From NCBI GenBank assembly GCA_913009415.1, contig CAJVYM010000002.1, forward strand, positions 1 to 55,499: a stretch of 55,499 bases of DNA. The letters run 5' to 3'. The notes under the pieces are model-generated. The model searched no databases, was not told where the DNA came from, and saw only the letters and a list, made by a program, of their open reading frames with translations. The position numbers and the translations under genes were made by a program. This stretch comes from an uncultured bacterium (lineage in GTDB: Bacteria > Bipolaricaulota > Bipolaricaulia > UBA7950 > UBA9294). Positions 8,829 to 18,536 of this stretch are shown here, in pieces; position 1 is the stretch's first letter; every line of letters begins with the position of its first letter.

Positions 8829-9790
8829 GCATAGAACAAGTAGATTATAGAGCTATCCACCAGCCGGTGCTCATGCGTGAGGTGGTGAAGCTATTGTCTC
8901 CTAGACCAGGTGCTACGATCGTCGATGGAACCATCGGCATGGGCGGGCACAGTGAGGGACTCCTCGCAGCATACCCGACGTTCGAAGTGATCGGGATCGA
9001 TCGCGACGAAGATGCGCTGATGATCGCCAAAGAGCGGCTCGCCCCCTACAGCGATCGCGTTCGCCTTGTGCACGGCAACTACCGCGATTGTGTGGAGATT
9101 CTGAGTACGCTTGGACTAGACCAGATCGATGGCTTCCTCCTCGACCTTGGCCTGTCGTCTCTGCAACTCGATCGGCCCGAGCGCGGGTTCAGCTTCCGCG
9201 AAAGCGGACCGCTCGATATGCGCATGGATCGTACAGGCGGAGCGAGCGCAGCCGACCTGGTCAACGATGCATCAGTCGTGGAACTCTCAGGCATCATCTC
9301 CCGCTACGGTGAGGAACGATTCGCTCATCGTATCGCCGGCGCGATCGTGGCTGCGCGCACAAAGGTGAGGATCGAGACGACGGACGAACTAGCGAGGATC
9401 GTGCACGATGCCATACCGCGCAAGTTTCATCCCCCGCGCATCCATCCGGCGACGCGTACCTTTCAGGCACTGCGCATCGCGGTGAACGACGAGCTTTCTA
9501 ACCTGGAGAAGGGACTGGAGGCGGGCTTCTCCGTCCTCTCCGCAGGAGGCGTGATGGCGGTGATCAGCTTCCACTCACTGGAGGATCGCATCGTCAAGGG
9601 GTTCTTTCGCTACAAGGGCCTCTCCTGCATCTGTCCACCCGATCTGCCGGTGTGCATGTGCGATAAGAAAGTGGAGATGGAGGTGCTCACGAAACACGTG
9701 ATCATCCCCACGCTAGAGGAGATCGCGACAAACCCGCGCGCCCGCAGCGCGAAACTGCGCGCGGCGAGGAAGCTTGAGGCGATAGACTAG
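8825..9790 (+). CDS. rsmH: 16S rRNA (cytosine1402-N4)-methyltransferase RsmH (MraW)
   Basis: 321 aa with HQPVLMREV, DGTIGMGGHSE, LLDLGLSSLQLD, GPLDMRMD, ISFHSLEDRIVK and NPRARSAKLR. Confidence 0.95.
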   Translation: MSIEQVDYRAIHQPVLMREVVKLLSPRPGATIVDGTIGMGGHSEGLLAAYPTFEVIGIDRDEDALMIAKERLAPYSDRVRLVHGNYRDCVEILSTLGLDQIDGFLLDLGLSSLQLDRPERGFSFRESGPLDMRMDRTGGASAADLVNDASVVELSGIISRYGEERFAHRIAGAIVAARTKVRIETTDELARIVHDAIPRKFHPPRIHPATRTFQALRIAVNDELSNLEKGLEAGFSVLSAGGVMAVISFHSLEDRIVKGFFRYKGLSCICPPDLPVCMCDKKVEMEVLTKHVIIPTLEEIATNPRARSAKLRAARKLEAID

Positions 9791-9864
9791 ATTCCACTTT
9801 TGACGGCACGTCGCTTCAGGAGCGGACAAACACCGTGGTTGATTCGCGATATCGGGCAGTGCGA

Positions 9865-10389
9865 TCAACAATCGGAGAGTTCTCTTCTGACGAAATCCTC
9901 TATCTCAGCGATATCGGCCGAGTCTTTGGTGGATTCCTTCCAGTTGTTGATGACTAGCTGGAAATGCTCGGACGGTGCATCATCTGCCCAATTCTTGTAT
10001 TCGGATTGAGATTCCTTGCTGAAGAGGTATATTCCCTGCAAGATCCCCATACAGCAGTGCTTTGCCTCCAGGGGCATGGACAGATCCTGATACCTCTTCA
10101 TCTCACGCATGAATGGGTGCAGCGTCTCCTCAAACATCTCCCATGCCGCTTCCCCCGGCTCAATGTACTCATTGGGGTCCCCCGCGCGCTCCCAAACGTC
10201 TTCAACTGCCAGGGCGTCGAGGTCGAAGTACACATGATGAGCGATCTCCTCCGCATTTATGTCGGTCAAGCGTCTGCGTGCGATTTGTTCGATCTTTCGC
10301 TCAAGGTCCGTATCCTCCTCGGCAAGCTGTCTAAGGATACTTAGCGCTTCATCGGGAGTCAGTTGATCAATGATTATATTATTGTCCAT
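9865..10389 (-). CDS. hypothetical acidic protein (third gene of the antisense cassette)
   Basis: 174-aa ORF with an ATG start, 36 nt downstream of the nucleotidyltransferase gene. No recognisable motif. AT-richer than its neighbours. Confidence 0.6.
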   Translation of the reverse strand: MDNNIIIDQLTPDEALSILRQLAEEDTDLERKIEQIARRRLTDINAEEIAHHVYFDLDALAVEDVWERAGDPNEYIEPGEAAWEMFEETLHPFMREMKRYQDLSMPLEAKHCCMGILQGIYLFSKESQSEYKNWADDAPSEHFQLVINNWKESTKDSADIAEIEDFVRRELSDC

Positions 10390-10425
10390 ATTGTCGCTTA
10401 TTGTGTATTATGAGCACTGTTATCG

Positions 10426-10998
10426 CTAACTCTCTATCGTCTCCGCTTCCGCCTCGATCTCTTTCAGCAAGCTCTCCACCCCTATTTTCTTGGCCCAATC
10501 GTGCAAGTAGTCGATGTCCAGCGTTCCAAATTGCACCTCGTAGACTCGTAGGGCATCTGTCAACTGCTTGGCGCTGCTTCCCGAGAGCTTCGCCCATCTC
10601 AACTTTGCCAGAATAGTGTCTTCGGGAGCGGAGACAGCAATCTTGATGCCTAGTACCTTTTCAGAATGTCGGCGTGAGAAACGCATTCGATCGAATGGCT
10701 CGTCGGTGAGCAGCCAAAAATCGACTTTATTTCCTGTATCCGAATCGATGAGATTAAATACGTCTCTTCTAGCAACTGCTTCGGCAACGCGATCCTTATT
10801 CAGGTAGAAACGTGGAGGAGAAAAGGATTGAACAATATCGTCAACTGCGTCTGCCTGAATGTCAACAACAAGATCTATGTCATGACTCGATCGTGGCTCT
10901 CCCTGAAGGCTGGAAGCGAACGACCCAGTCAGCATGTATTCTACGCCAGCGCGTGACAGCGCCTGAACGACCCTTTTTAGTAATTCCTGTTGTGACAT
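10426..10998 (-). CDS. minimal nucleotidyltransferase (pol-beta fold) family protein
   Basis: 190 aa. LTGSFASSLQGEPRSSHDIDLVVD matches the G[SG]-x(9-13)-D-x-D NTase signature. It overlaps the upstream small gene by 22 nt. Confidence 0.7.
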   Translation of the reverse strand: MSQQELLKRVVQALSRAGVEYMLTGSFASSLQGEPRSSHDIDLVVDIQADAVDDIVQSFSPPRFYLNKDRVAEAVARRDVFNLIDSDTGNKVDFWLLTDEPFDRMRFSRRHSEKVLGIKIAVSAPEDTILAKLRWAKLSGSSAKQLTDALRVYEVQFGTLDIDYLHDWAKKIGVESLLKEIEAEAETIES

Positions 10999-11192
10999 TT
11001 ATCGAGGCGCTCCAGATACAGTTTCTTCAGTTCATCCTCCGGCATATCGGGAAACCGCCTGCGCAATCCAGCCTTGAACAGTTCCCGGGAGAACTCCGTC
11101 AGCTCAAACGCCTGCATTAGCCTCTCCTCAGGGGTCATATTGCGAAGCACTTGGATATAGCGCTTGTGATTCGGCCGTTTCTTGATGTCCAT
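10977..11192 (-). CDS. small helical protein, partner of the nucleotidyltransferase
   Basis: 71 aa counted from ATG 11192, which lies 4 nt after GGAGGG (the ORF track starts at 11204). Sequence: MDIKKRPNHKRYIQVLRNMTPEERLMQAFELTEFSRELFKAGLRRRFPDMPEDELKKLYLERLDKCHNRNY. I have seen this type of gene in front of similar NTases but cannot name a family. Confidence 0.6.
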   Translation of the reverse strand: MDIKKRPNHKRYIQVLRNMTPEERLMQAFELTEFSRELFKAGLRRRFPDMPEDELKKLYLERLDKCHNRNY

Positions 11193-11208
11193 CGGTCCCT
11201 CCATTGCT

Positions 11209-11263
11209 ATCTATTCTAGTATGCCGCTACGCGTCCGCAAAGCAAATGACTGTCAGAATAGAT
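11209..11263. promoter_or_regulatory. inverted repeat ATCTATTCT-N37-AGAATAGAT directly upstream of the cassette (candidate operator)
   Basis: The 9-bp perfect arms lie at 11209-11217 and 11255-11263, starting 5 nt (ORF-track ATG 11204) to 17 nt (ATG 11192) upstream of the small gene on the minus strand. Confidence 0.35.
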
Positions 11264-11383
11264 GGCTAGATTTCACGTGCACGTTGCAACACCCTTCGGG
11301 CCCGTCGCCCGGAAAGGTAATCTAGTTCGCATCGTTCGTCGACAAATGTCCCGATGACAGATCCCGTTTTCCCTTAACTTGGG

Positions 11384-11752
11384 GTGAAGATGGAACGCCA
11401 GAGAGAAGTGACGATCAGTTACCCGCTGCATCGGGCGTACAGCCGGGCCCGCGCGCGCACGGTCATCTGGCCGCACGCGACGCTGGCTGTGATATGCACT
11501 GCTGTGATCATCGCCGCGGCTTGTTTCCTCTACGTCTGGCAGGGGACGAGAATTCTTGCGCTTACCGCACAGCGCGAGAGCATGAAGCAGACGATCACCT
11601 CTATCCAGGAGGTGAATAACTGGCTTAGTTTCCAGATCGGGCAGGCGTTCTCGCTGGAGCGTGTGTCGCGCATTGCGCGTGAGCAGCTCCACATGAGCGA
11701 ACCGACCGACGTGCGTTATGTACACATTGCATCCCCCACAACAAAAAAGTGA
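11384..11752 (+). CDS. ftsL: FtsL-like cell division protein (single N-terminal TM helix plus coiled coil)
   Basis: 122 aa with a TM segment (ATLAVICTAVIIAAACFLYVW) followed by a helical region. Positioned immediately upstream of, and overlapping, the PBP gene. Confidence 0.5.
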   Translation: MKMERQREVTISYPLHRAYSRARARTVIWPHATLAVICTAVIIAAACFLYVWQGTRILALTAQRESMKQTITSIQEVNNWLSFQIGQAFSLERVSRIAREQLHMSEPTDVRYVHIASPTTKK

Positions 11753-13517
11753 GAAGGCCCCCGCGCGCGCCTGGTTCATCATCGCGCTTCTGATGATCGG
11801 CGGGATCGCTGTTGTTGGACGTCTCGTTCAGTTGCAAATCGTTCAGCACGATCATTGGCTGGCTGTGGCGAGCACGATTCAAGAGCAGACCGTCGATCTA
11901 CTGCCGCGGCGGGGGACGATCTACGATCGCAACGGTGTTGCGCTTGCCTACGACATCAAGGCAACAGCGATCGCCATCGATAGCTTCGACATGACCAACC
12001 CGCAGGCAATCTGCCAGATCCTCGCAGACGAGCTGAATCGTCCGATTGGTGAGATAGAAAGACTCGTGTACCGTCCGCGCTACTTCACCTGGATTAACCG
12101 CAGCGCCGATCTGGAGACGGCGAAGAGGATAGAAAAGCGAGCGAGCGAAGCAAGAGCGCACGGCCTGATCTTCATCGACACGTGGAAGCGCTGCTACCCT
12201 CAGGGCGATCTGGCCTCGAACATCATCGGTTTCGTCGGCACGGATGGGCACGGTCTGGAGGGAATCGAGCTTGCCTATGACAACAAGCTTGCCGGGAAAA
12301 GCGCGAAAATCCAGGTCGTCAAGGGAGCGGACGGGCGTACGTATCACACCGAGACGATGCAGGAGGGACAGCCGGGAGATGACGTTTACCTGACGATCGA
12401 CTCCGATTTGCAGTTCATATGCGAAAAGGAGATCGACAGTGGCGTGAGCCGTTATCGCGCCAACACCGGATTCGTGATCCTGATGGATCCCAACAGCGGT
12501 GAAGTCCTGGCAATGGCACAGGATCGCCGCTACGACCTGAACAAATTCTGGCAATCGACGGCAACGCAGAGGAAGAACCTGGCCACCGGTTTCATGTTCG
12601 AGCCTGGATCGACGTTCAAGGCGTTTGGTGGCCTTGCGGCGATTAACTGTGGGGCCGTCAAACCGAGCGACACATTCAACGGAAACGATGGGATCAACAT
12701 TGCCGGGCACGTGATCCACAACTCCGACCACGAGTCCTTCGGCACGGTGACCTTCGCCAAGACGATCCAGTACTCGATCAACACCGCGATGATCCGCGTC
12801 GCGCAGCGGCTGGGTGAGGATCGCCTGTACCACTTCCTCGTCGATCTTGGCTTTGGTAAGGCAACAGGGATCGAGATCCCCGGTGAAGTGAACGGCATCC
12901 TGCGCAACGTGAGCAAGTGGTCCAAGCTCGCCCTCGCCTCGACGGCGATCGGCCAATCGGTAGGGGTAACCGGGATTCAGCTTGTGCGGGCAATGGCCGC
13001 AGTGGCTAACGGTGGAAAGGTTCTACTGCCCCACATCGTCAAGCAAGTAGGCGACAAGACGACGGACACGCCGACCGTGTTGCGCAGCGTGGCCACGCCG
13101 ACAAGCTGTGCTACCATGCGTACCCTGATGCGCGCGGTCGTCAAGGATGGGACGGCCCCTTGGGCAAATCTACCGGGGTATGAAGTCGCAGGGAAAACCG
13201 GAACAGCGCAGAAGGCGGTTCCGGGAAAGGGATACGTCGATGGAAAGTACACGTCCCTCTTCGCTGGATTCTTTCCCGTCGATGCACCAAAGTATCTGGG
13301 CCTCGTCGTTCTCGACGAAGTAAAGACGACACCCGTGTGGGGCGGGTACACGGCAGGGGCCATCTTCCACGATGTCGCTTCACGGCTTGTGTTGGCTGAA
13401 CATGTTGCACCGGTCGTCAGCATACAGAGCCAGGGGAAACAGTACACAGCACCAACCCAAGGGACAACATCGTCTGGCACTACTTCTTCTCCCCCTGCTT
13501 GGTTGCGGCTACCCTAG
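11718..13517 (+). CDS. ftsI: penicillin-binding protein 2 / FtsI-type peptidoglycan D,D-transpeptidase
   Basis: 599 aa with an N-terminal TM helix and a PBP dimerisation region. Motifs: FEPGSTFK (SxxK), HNS (SxN-like) and AGKTGTA (KTG). Confidence 0.85.
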   Translation: MYTLHPPQQKSEKAPARAWFIIALLMIGGIAVVGRLVQLQIVQHDHWLAVASTIQEQTVDLLPRRGTIYDRNGVALAYDIKATAIAIDSFDMTNPQAICQILADELNRPIGEIERLVYRPRYFTWINRSADLETAKRIEKRASEARAHGLIFIDTWKRCYPQGDLASNIIGFVGTDGHGLEGIELAYDNKLAGKSAKIQVVKGADGRTYHTETMQEGQPGDDVYLTIDSDLQFICEKEIDSGVSRYRANTGFVILMDPNSGEVLAMAQDRRYDLNKFWQSTATQRKNLATGFMFEPGSTFKAFGGLAAINCGAVKPSDTFNGNDGINIAGHVIHNSDHESFGTVTFAKTIQYSINTAMIRVAQRLGEDRLYHFLVDLGFGKATGIEIPGEVNGILRNVSKWSKLALASTAIGQSVGVTGIQLVRAMAAVANGGKVLLPHIVKQVGDKTTDTPTVLRSVATPTSCATMRTLMRAVVKDGTAPWANLPGYEVAGKTGTAQKAVPGKGYVDGKYTSLFAGFFPVDAPKYLGLVVLDEVKTTPVWGGYTAGAIFHDVASRLVLAEHVAPVVSIQSQGKQYTAPTQGTTSSGTTSSPPAWLRLP

Positions 13518-13572
13518 TGTATTTAAACGCCTCCGCTCTTCATGCCCATCTTGCGCGAAAACGACCTTCTTC

Positions 13573-13601
13573 TTGTTGATACGAGCGCGAGACTTTAGTA
13601 T
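13573..13601 (+). promoter_or_regulatory. candidate sigma70-type promoter for dcd-thyX
   Basis: TTGTTG (13573-78), 17-nt spacer, TAGTAT (13596-601), ~30 nt upstream of the GGAGG RBS of dcd. Confidence 0.3.
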
Positions 13602-13633
13602 CACTGCACGAAGATTGAAGGAGGATTGCAAAA

Positions 13634-14191
13634 GTGACCGGAATTCTGAACGATCGAGAGATAAGGGCGCTATGCACAACACAGGAAGGGATGATCTGGC
13701 CGTTCGTCCCAGTGCAGGCTGGAAAGCCGTCCTACGGACTTGGAAGCTTCGGGTACGATATGCGTTTGGGTAGCAAGTTCCTCGTTCCAATCGGCGGGAT
13801 CAACGCTATACTCGACCCGATCAACTTTCCACGCGGGCACTTCCGAGAGATCGAAGTGGCGGAGACGTTGGAAGTCGCGCCCGGCTCTCAAGTCTTGGCC
13901 GAGTCGGTGGAGACGTTTCATATACCAGACGACATAGCCGGCGTCTGCTGGGGCAAGAGTTCCTACGCCCGCTGTGGACTGCTGGTCAACGTCACACCGC
14001 TCGAACCGGGTTGGAAAGGTGTTCTTACCTTGGAATTAGCTAACTTATCGCCTCTTCCGATCAGGCTTCACATTGGACAAGGGATCGCGCAGGTCGTCTT
14101 CTTTCGCGGTGGAAGGCCGCAGCGAACATATGCGGAGAAGGAAGCGGGCGGCGCCTATCAAGACCAGACTGGGGTCACCCTGCCTAAGTAG
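13634..14191 (+). CDS. dcd: dCTP deaminase family protein (possibly bifunctional dCTP deaminase/dUTPase)
   Basis: 185 aa, GTG start behind GGAGG. Motifs: GSFGYDMRLG, WGKSSYARCGLLVNVTPLEPGWKGVLTLELAN. Confidence 0.85.
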   Translation: MTGILNDREIRALCTTQEGMIWPFVPVQAGKPSYGLGSFGYDMRLGSKFLVPIGGINAILDPINFPRGHFREIEVAETLEVAPGSQVLAESVETFHIPDDIAGVCWGKSSYARCGLLVNVTPLEPGWKGVLTLELANLSPLPIRLHIGQGIAQVVFFRGGRPQRTYAEKEAGGAYQDQTGVTLPK

Positions 14192-14200
14192 GAGAAACAT

Positions 14201-14968
14201 GTGAACTACATAAAGAAGATCGCGGAAAAGGGGCTGTGGAACTCGGGAAAGGCGCAATTGTGGGACTTTGCTCGGGCAAATCAGAACGAAGAATCGCGTG
14301 TCGAAGCTGTGGCGACCGTGGCGAGCATTTGTTACGGGCGACCGGCCAAAGACGCAGCAAAGCTCGTCGAGCGACTGTGGAGCGAGAGCGGGGGGCTCCC
14401 GTCATCGGCGTTCGAATTTATCCGTGATGGCAGGAGTCCCACAATTGAAGGTAGCTTGAGAAACAACCCCGATCTCGTGCCGTATGAGAATGATCCAAGC
14501 GAATCGGCAGAAGCTCTGATAGAGAGACACAGGAAAAGCATCGCTACCTTCAGGATCAAGGTCCCGATCTTCGTCGCCCGCCAGATCATGCGTCACCGGC
14601 AGTTCAGTTATCAGGAGCTGAGTCGGCGCTATACCGACGACAAGCGTGTCCCGCTCGATTTTTGGATCCCGGCGGAGGGAGGAGATACTGAAACCGCTAC
14701 GACGGGCTTATTTCAGCTCGCCTACACGCTGGAGAAGCAAATTTATAGGCTTTTGCTCGATTCGAACGTGCGGGCGGATATCGCGCGCGCCGTCCTCGGG
14801 ACCGGCCTGTACACCGAACTGTGGATGATGGGAGACCAAGAGGCGTGGAGAAACTACTTCGCCCTCCGCCTCGACCCTCATACGCAGGTGGAGCATCGCG
14901 AGATGGCACAGGTGATGCGCGATCTGCTCGCGGAGCATCAGCCTGAATTCGCGATGCAGTCGCCATAA
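14201..14968 (+). CDS. thyX: FAD-dependent thymidylate synthase ThyX
   Basis: 255 aa. ThyX signature RHRQFSYQELSRRY (RHRxxSxxxxSxRY). Confidence 0.9.
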   Translation: MNYIKKIAEKGLWNSGKAQLWDFARANQNEESRVEAVATVASICYGRPAKDAAKLVERLWSESGGLPSSAFEFIRDGRSPTIEGSLRNNPDLVPYENDPSESAEALIERHRKSIATFRIKVPIFVARQIMRHRQFSYQELSRRYTDDKRVPLDFWIPAEGGDTETATTGLFQLAYTLEKQIYRLLLDSNVRADIARAVLGTGLYTELWMMGDQEAWRNYFALRLDPHTQVEHREMAQVMRDLLAEHQPEFAMQSP

Positions 14969-15106
14969 ATGGAGAAGATGTTGCAGGGATTTCCATAACG
15001 AGGAGGGAACATCGACAGCCGTCGCCATCTGTTCGACAAGTGGGCGAAATCCTATGACGATGCGGTACAGACCGACGCAGTCTTTCCGTTCGCCGGGTAC
15101 GATCAG

Positions 15107-15628
15107 GTGTTGGGCGAGATCTTTCGTCTTTCGGCTGCCGAACCGGGGATGCGGGTGCTCGACCTGGGGACAGGGACGGGGAACCTGGCCGCGCGGTTCG
15201 CCGCGTTCGCATGCACGGTCATCGGCGTCGATTTCTCAAGCGAGATGCTCGCCGCAGCGCGGAGGAAAGTTCCTGATGCGCGGTTCGTCCGCGGTGATCT
15301 CACCGGAGGTTTGGACCTACTCGGCGACGAGCGGTTTGATCTGATCGTGTCGGCCTACGTCTTTCACGAGTTCGATCTTTCGACGAAGGTCTCTATCTTG
15401 AAAAGGTTCGTGCGTGACCACCTCACCGAACGGAAAAGAATGATCATCGGCGACATCGCTTTTCCCACGGTCAAAGAGCGGGAAGAAGCGCACCGAAGAT
15501 GGGCCGCGCAATGGGACGAGGAGGAACACTACTGGGCGGCGGACGAAGCAATTGCTGCGTGTGAAAAGGCAGGATTGCAGGCACGATACGTACAGGTCTC
15601 CTGTTGCGGCGGCGTGTTTTCTACCTAA
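15107..15628 (+). CDS. class I SAM-dependent methyltransferase (5' end uncertain, see findings)
   Basis: 173 aa from GTG 15107. Motif I is VLDLGTGTGNLAARFA. In-frame upstream codons also look like coding sequence of this family (RHLFDKWAKSYDDAV) but contain no canonical start. Confidence 0.75.
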   Translation: MLGEIFRLSAAEPGMRVLDLGTGTGNLAARFAAFACTVIGVDFSSEMLAAARRKVPDARFVRGDLTGGLDLLGDERFDLIVSAYVFHEFDLSTKVSILKRFVRDHLTERKRMIIGDIAFPTVKEREEAHRRWAAQWDEEEHYWAADEAIAACEKAGLQARYVQVSCCGGVFST

Positions 15629-15715
15629 GCTTGCAAATTTGTGTCCGCTCGAAATAAGATGTTGCGCCAAGAGGGCTGCGGAAACGCCTGATAATCCATC
15701 AGGGAGGAGAGGCAT

Positions 15716-16237
15716 ATGAGCGACTTCGTCAATTGGTTCGTTGGTCAGGAACCACAGATCGGCCTACGCCTCGGTGGGGCGCTATTGATCCTCTTCGGCG
15801 GATGGCTGCTTGGACTCATCGTGGTCCGGGTCGCCGGACGGCTGATGGACTTCTCGAAATTGGAGTTCTCCAAACTGTTACGTCAATTCATCTACAAGCT
15901 GATCCGCTGGGGGGTTGCCGGTGTCGTTCTGATCATGGCGCTCGGACAGTTAGGAGTGGAGATCGGGCCCCTGATCGCTGGATTGGGAGTGGCCGGCTTC
16001 ATCCTTGGCTTCGCCATGCAACAGACCCTGTCCAACTTTGCAGCGGGGTTCATGCTCCTTCTCTACCGCCCTTACGACGTCGGCGACGAGATCGAAGCGG
16101 CGGGAGCATCGGGGATGGTTGAGGGGATGAACTTGGTCAACACGACGCTGCGGACAGAAGAAGGAACCGTAATTACGATCCCCAACGGCAAGATCTGGGG
16201 CGGGGTGATCAAGAACAACGGGCGGCGGACAACCTAG
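15716..16237 (+). CDS. small mechanosensitive (MscS-family) channel protein
   Basis: 173 aa with three N-terminal TM helices, then LSNFAAGFMLLLYRPYDVGDEIEAAGASGMVEGMNLVNTTLRTEEGTVITIPNGKIW (MscS pore helix plus beta domain). Confidence 0.8.
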   Translation: MSDFVNWFVGQEPQIGLRLGGALLILFGGWLLGLIVVRVAGRLMDFSKLEFSKLLRQFIYKLIRWGVAGVVLIMALGQLGVEIGPLIAGLGVAGFILGFAMQQTLSNFAAGFMLLLYRPYDVGDEIEAAGASGMVEGMNLVNTTLRTEEGTVITIPNGKIWGGVIKNNGRRTT

Positions 16238-16420
16238 CTGGTTCTTTAGTAGTCGAAGGAGAGGTTCCTTCCCCGGGGTTTGAACTCTTCCCGGTTTCGC
16301 GAACGGCGAGAACAGAGGATCGCGCGTGCAACTTCAAAAGCAAGTCAGTGTTGTAATAGCCGTTTTGCTGGGGCACAATCGCTTCATCCAACAGACAGAA
16401 CACCGCAAGGAGGGCACTAG

Positions 16421-17008
16421 ATGCAGCTTCAGGACTGGGTTCAACGTTACGGCGTCGTGGTGGGACCGGAGTTCTTACGGGTGGACGGCTTTCTCAATCA
16501 CCGCATCGACCCGGCGTTCATGGAGGAGGTGGGGCGACGGCTTTTTGATAGATTTGCCAATTCAAATGTGAGTTGTGTGCTCACCGCGGAGGCAGCCGGA
16601 AATGTGGTCGCCTATGAGGTGGCGCGTCGGCTGGGGGCGAAGGCGCTGTACGCGAAGAAGGGGCACGCCGCCACGATGAACAACCCGTACGTTCGCACCA
16701 TCATTTCGCCCACCAAGGGGACTGCGGCCGAACTTGCCGTGTCCAAAGACTACCTCACCAAACAAGAACGCGTCTTGATCGTGGATGATTTCCTCTATCG
16801 CGGGGACACCTCCGCTGCCCTGGCCGACATGGTGATTGAGAGCGGGGCGAGCCTTGTTGGGTTTGGCTTTGTGATTGCTAAGGAGTTCGGTGAGGGGAGA
16901 CAGGTGCTCTCGCGCTACGAAAAACCGGTTGTCACGTTGGTCTCGATTGCGAACATGAATCCGGAGACAGGGAGCATCGTGTTCGCTGAGGCAGAAGAAG
17001 ACCGATGA
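16421..17008 (+). CDS. xpt: xanthine phosphoribosyltransferase
   Basis: 195 aa, collinear by eye with B. subtilis Xpt ([13 protein letters not shown]...VLTAEAAGN...[13 protein letters not shown]). Confidence 0.9.
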   Translation: MQLQDWVQRYGVVVGPEFLRVDGFLNHRIDPAFMEEVGRRLFDRFANSNVSCVLTAEAAGNVVAYEVARRLGAKALYAKKGHAATMNNPYVRTIISPTKGTAAELAVSKDYLTKQERVLIVDDFLYRGDTSAALADMVIESGASLVGFGFVIAKEFGEGRQVLSRYEKPVVTLVSIANMNPETGSIVFAEAEEDR

Positions 17009-18528
17009 GCGTCGTCATCCTCGATTTCGGGTCGCAGTACACACGCCTGATCGCACGTCGCATCCGGGAACTGCACGCCTACTCCGTGATCCTGCCCGGA
17101 AAATCTACCGTTGAGGAGATCACAGCGCACGATCCGCAGGCGATAATTCTGTCCGGCGGGCCCGCCTCCGTGCTCCAGCCGGGCGCCCCTCAGCCGGATG
17201 AGGGGCTGTTTGACCTCAATCTGCCGATCCTGGGGATCTGCTATGGGATGCAGTACCTTGTGCTTCACTTCGGTGGCCGTGTCATTCTCACCGGAACCAG
17301 GGAGTACGGTCGCGCCCGCCTCATCCAATGTGGCGGGCCCCTCTTTGCCGGGTTGGAGGACGGGGATCTACAAGTGTGGATGAGCCACTCCGATGCGGTG
17401 ACCGAGCTGCCGCCAGGCTGGCGGGGGACGGCGCGCACGGAGGACAACCCGATCGCCGCCGTCGAATCCCCGGACGGGCGGATGTTCGGGATCCAGTTTC
17501 ATCCCGAGGTTGTTCACACCCCGCAAGGGAAGATTGTATTGGCCAATTTCCTGCGCATTGCCGGCGTTGTGCTCGATTGGACCCCGTCTCGTACGCTGGA
17601 ACGCTTGCTCGCTGAGGTGCGGGAACGCACCGATGGGGGCAAAAAGCGTGTCCTCCTGGCAGTCTCCGGCGGGGTGGATTCATCCACTCTAGCCCTCCTT
17701 CTCACCCGCGCGGGTATCGAGCATATCGCGGTGTTCGTCGATCACGGCCTGCTGCGCGCGGGCGAGGGAGAGGAGGTGGAGAAGTTGCTGCGCCCACTGG
17801 GGGTAAACCTGGTGAGCGTGGATGCCTCCGAGCGGTTCCTCTCCGCCCTTGCCGGGATAGCCGATCCTGAGGAGAAGCGGAAGATCATTGGCCGCGAGTT
17901 CGTGGCCGTGTTTACAGAGGAGGCACGCGTGCACGGGCCGTCTCACTTCCTCGCGCAAGGGACGCTCTATCCCGATGTGATCGAATCTGCGGGAAGTGAG
18001 GGATCAGCGAACATCAAGAGCCACCACAACGTCGGTGGGCTTCCCGAGAGCCTCGGGTTCAAGCTTCTGGAGCCGTTCCGTTACCTGTTCAAGGACGAGG
18101 TGCGCGAGATCGCACGCCTGCTGGACCTACCCGAAGATATCCGTGAACGCCATCCCTTCCCCGGGCCCGGACTAGCAATCCGGATCATCGGTGAGGTTAC
18201 GCCGGAGCGGTTGCGCGTCCTGCGAGAGGCGGACTCGATCTTTATCTCGTCTCTCAAGGAGGCTGGGCTGTACGATCATGTCTGGCAGGCCCTCGCGGTC
18301 CTCACCGCGGCCAGGAGCGTTGGGGTCGTGGGAGATGAACGGAGGTACGGCTACATCCTCGCCCTGCGAGCGGTGACGAGCGTGGATGGGATGACCGCAG
18401 ATTGGGCCCGCCTACCACATGATTTTCTCGATCGCGTCGCTTCCCGCATCACCCGCCAGATACCGGAGATCGGCCGCGTGGTCTATGATATCACCAGCAA
18501 ACCACCGGCGACGATCGAATGGGAATAA
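17005..18528 (+). CDS. guaA: GMP synthase (glutamine-hydrolysing)
   Basis: 507 aa. GATase part: [18 protein letters not shown]-PPase P-loop: [10 protein letters not shown]-terminus: [13 protein letters not shown] overlap with xpt. Confidence 0.95.
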   Translation: MSVVILDFGSQYTRLIARRIRELHAYSVILPGKSTVEEITAHDPQAIILSGGPASVLQPGAPQPDEGLFDLNLPILGICYGMQYLVLHFGGRVILTGTREYGRARLIQCGGPLFAGLEDGDLQVWMSHSDAVTELPPGWRGTARTEDNPIAAVESPDGRMFGIQFHPEVVHTPQGKIVLANFLRIAGVVLDWTPSRTLERLLAEVRERTDGGKKRVLLAVSGGVDSSTLALLLTRAGIEHIAVFVDHGLLRAGEGEEVEKLLRPLGVNLVSVDASERFLSALAGIADPEEKRKIIGREFVAVFTEEARVHGPSHFLAQGTLYPDVIESAGSEGSANIKSHHNVGGLPESLGFKLLEPFRYLFKDEVREIARLLDLPEDIRERHPFPGPGLAIRIIGEVTPERLRVLREADSIFISSLKEAGLYDHVWQALAVLTAARSVGVVGDERRYGYILALRAVTSVDGMTADWARLPHDFLDRVASRITRQIPEIGRVVYDITSKPPATIEWE

Positions 18529-18536
18529 TCTTCGAC

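Noticed and set aside
11898-12956. 352-aa minus-strand ORF inside ftsI
   Set aside because: It is antisense to a PBP gene with SxxK and KTG motifs, so it is a typical high-G+C shadow ORF. The same applies to 12530-12925 and 12977-13480.
16238-16420. Expected purine (guanine) riboswitch upstream of xpt
   Set aside because: I looked for the conserved elements (UAUAAU...GGAUAUGG...GUUUCUACC...CCGUAAAU...ACUAUG) and found none. There is no convincing terminator or antiterminator pair either.
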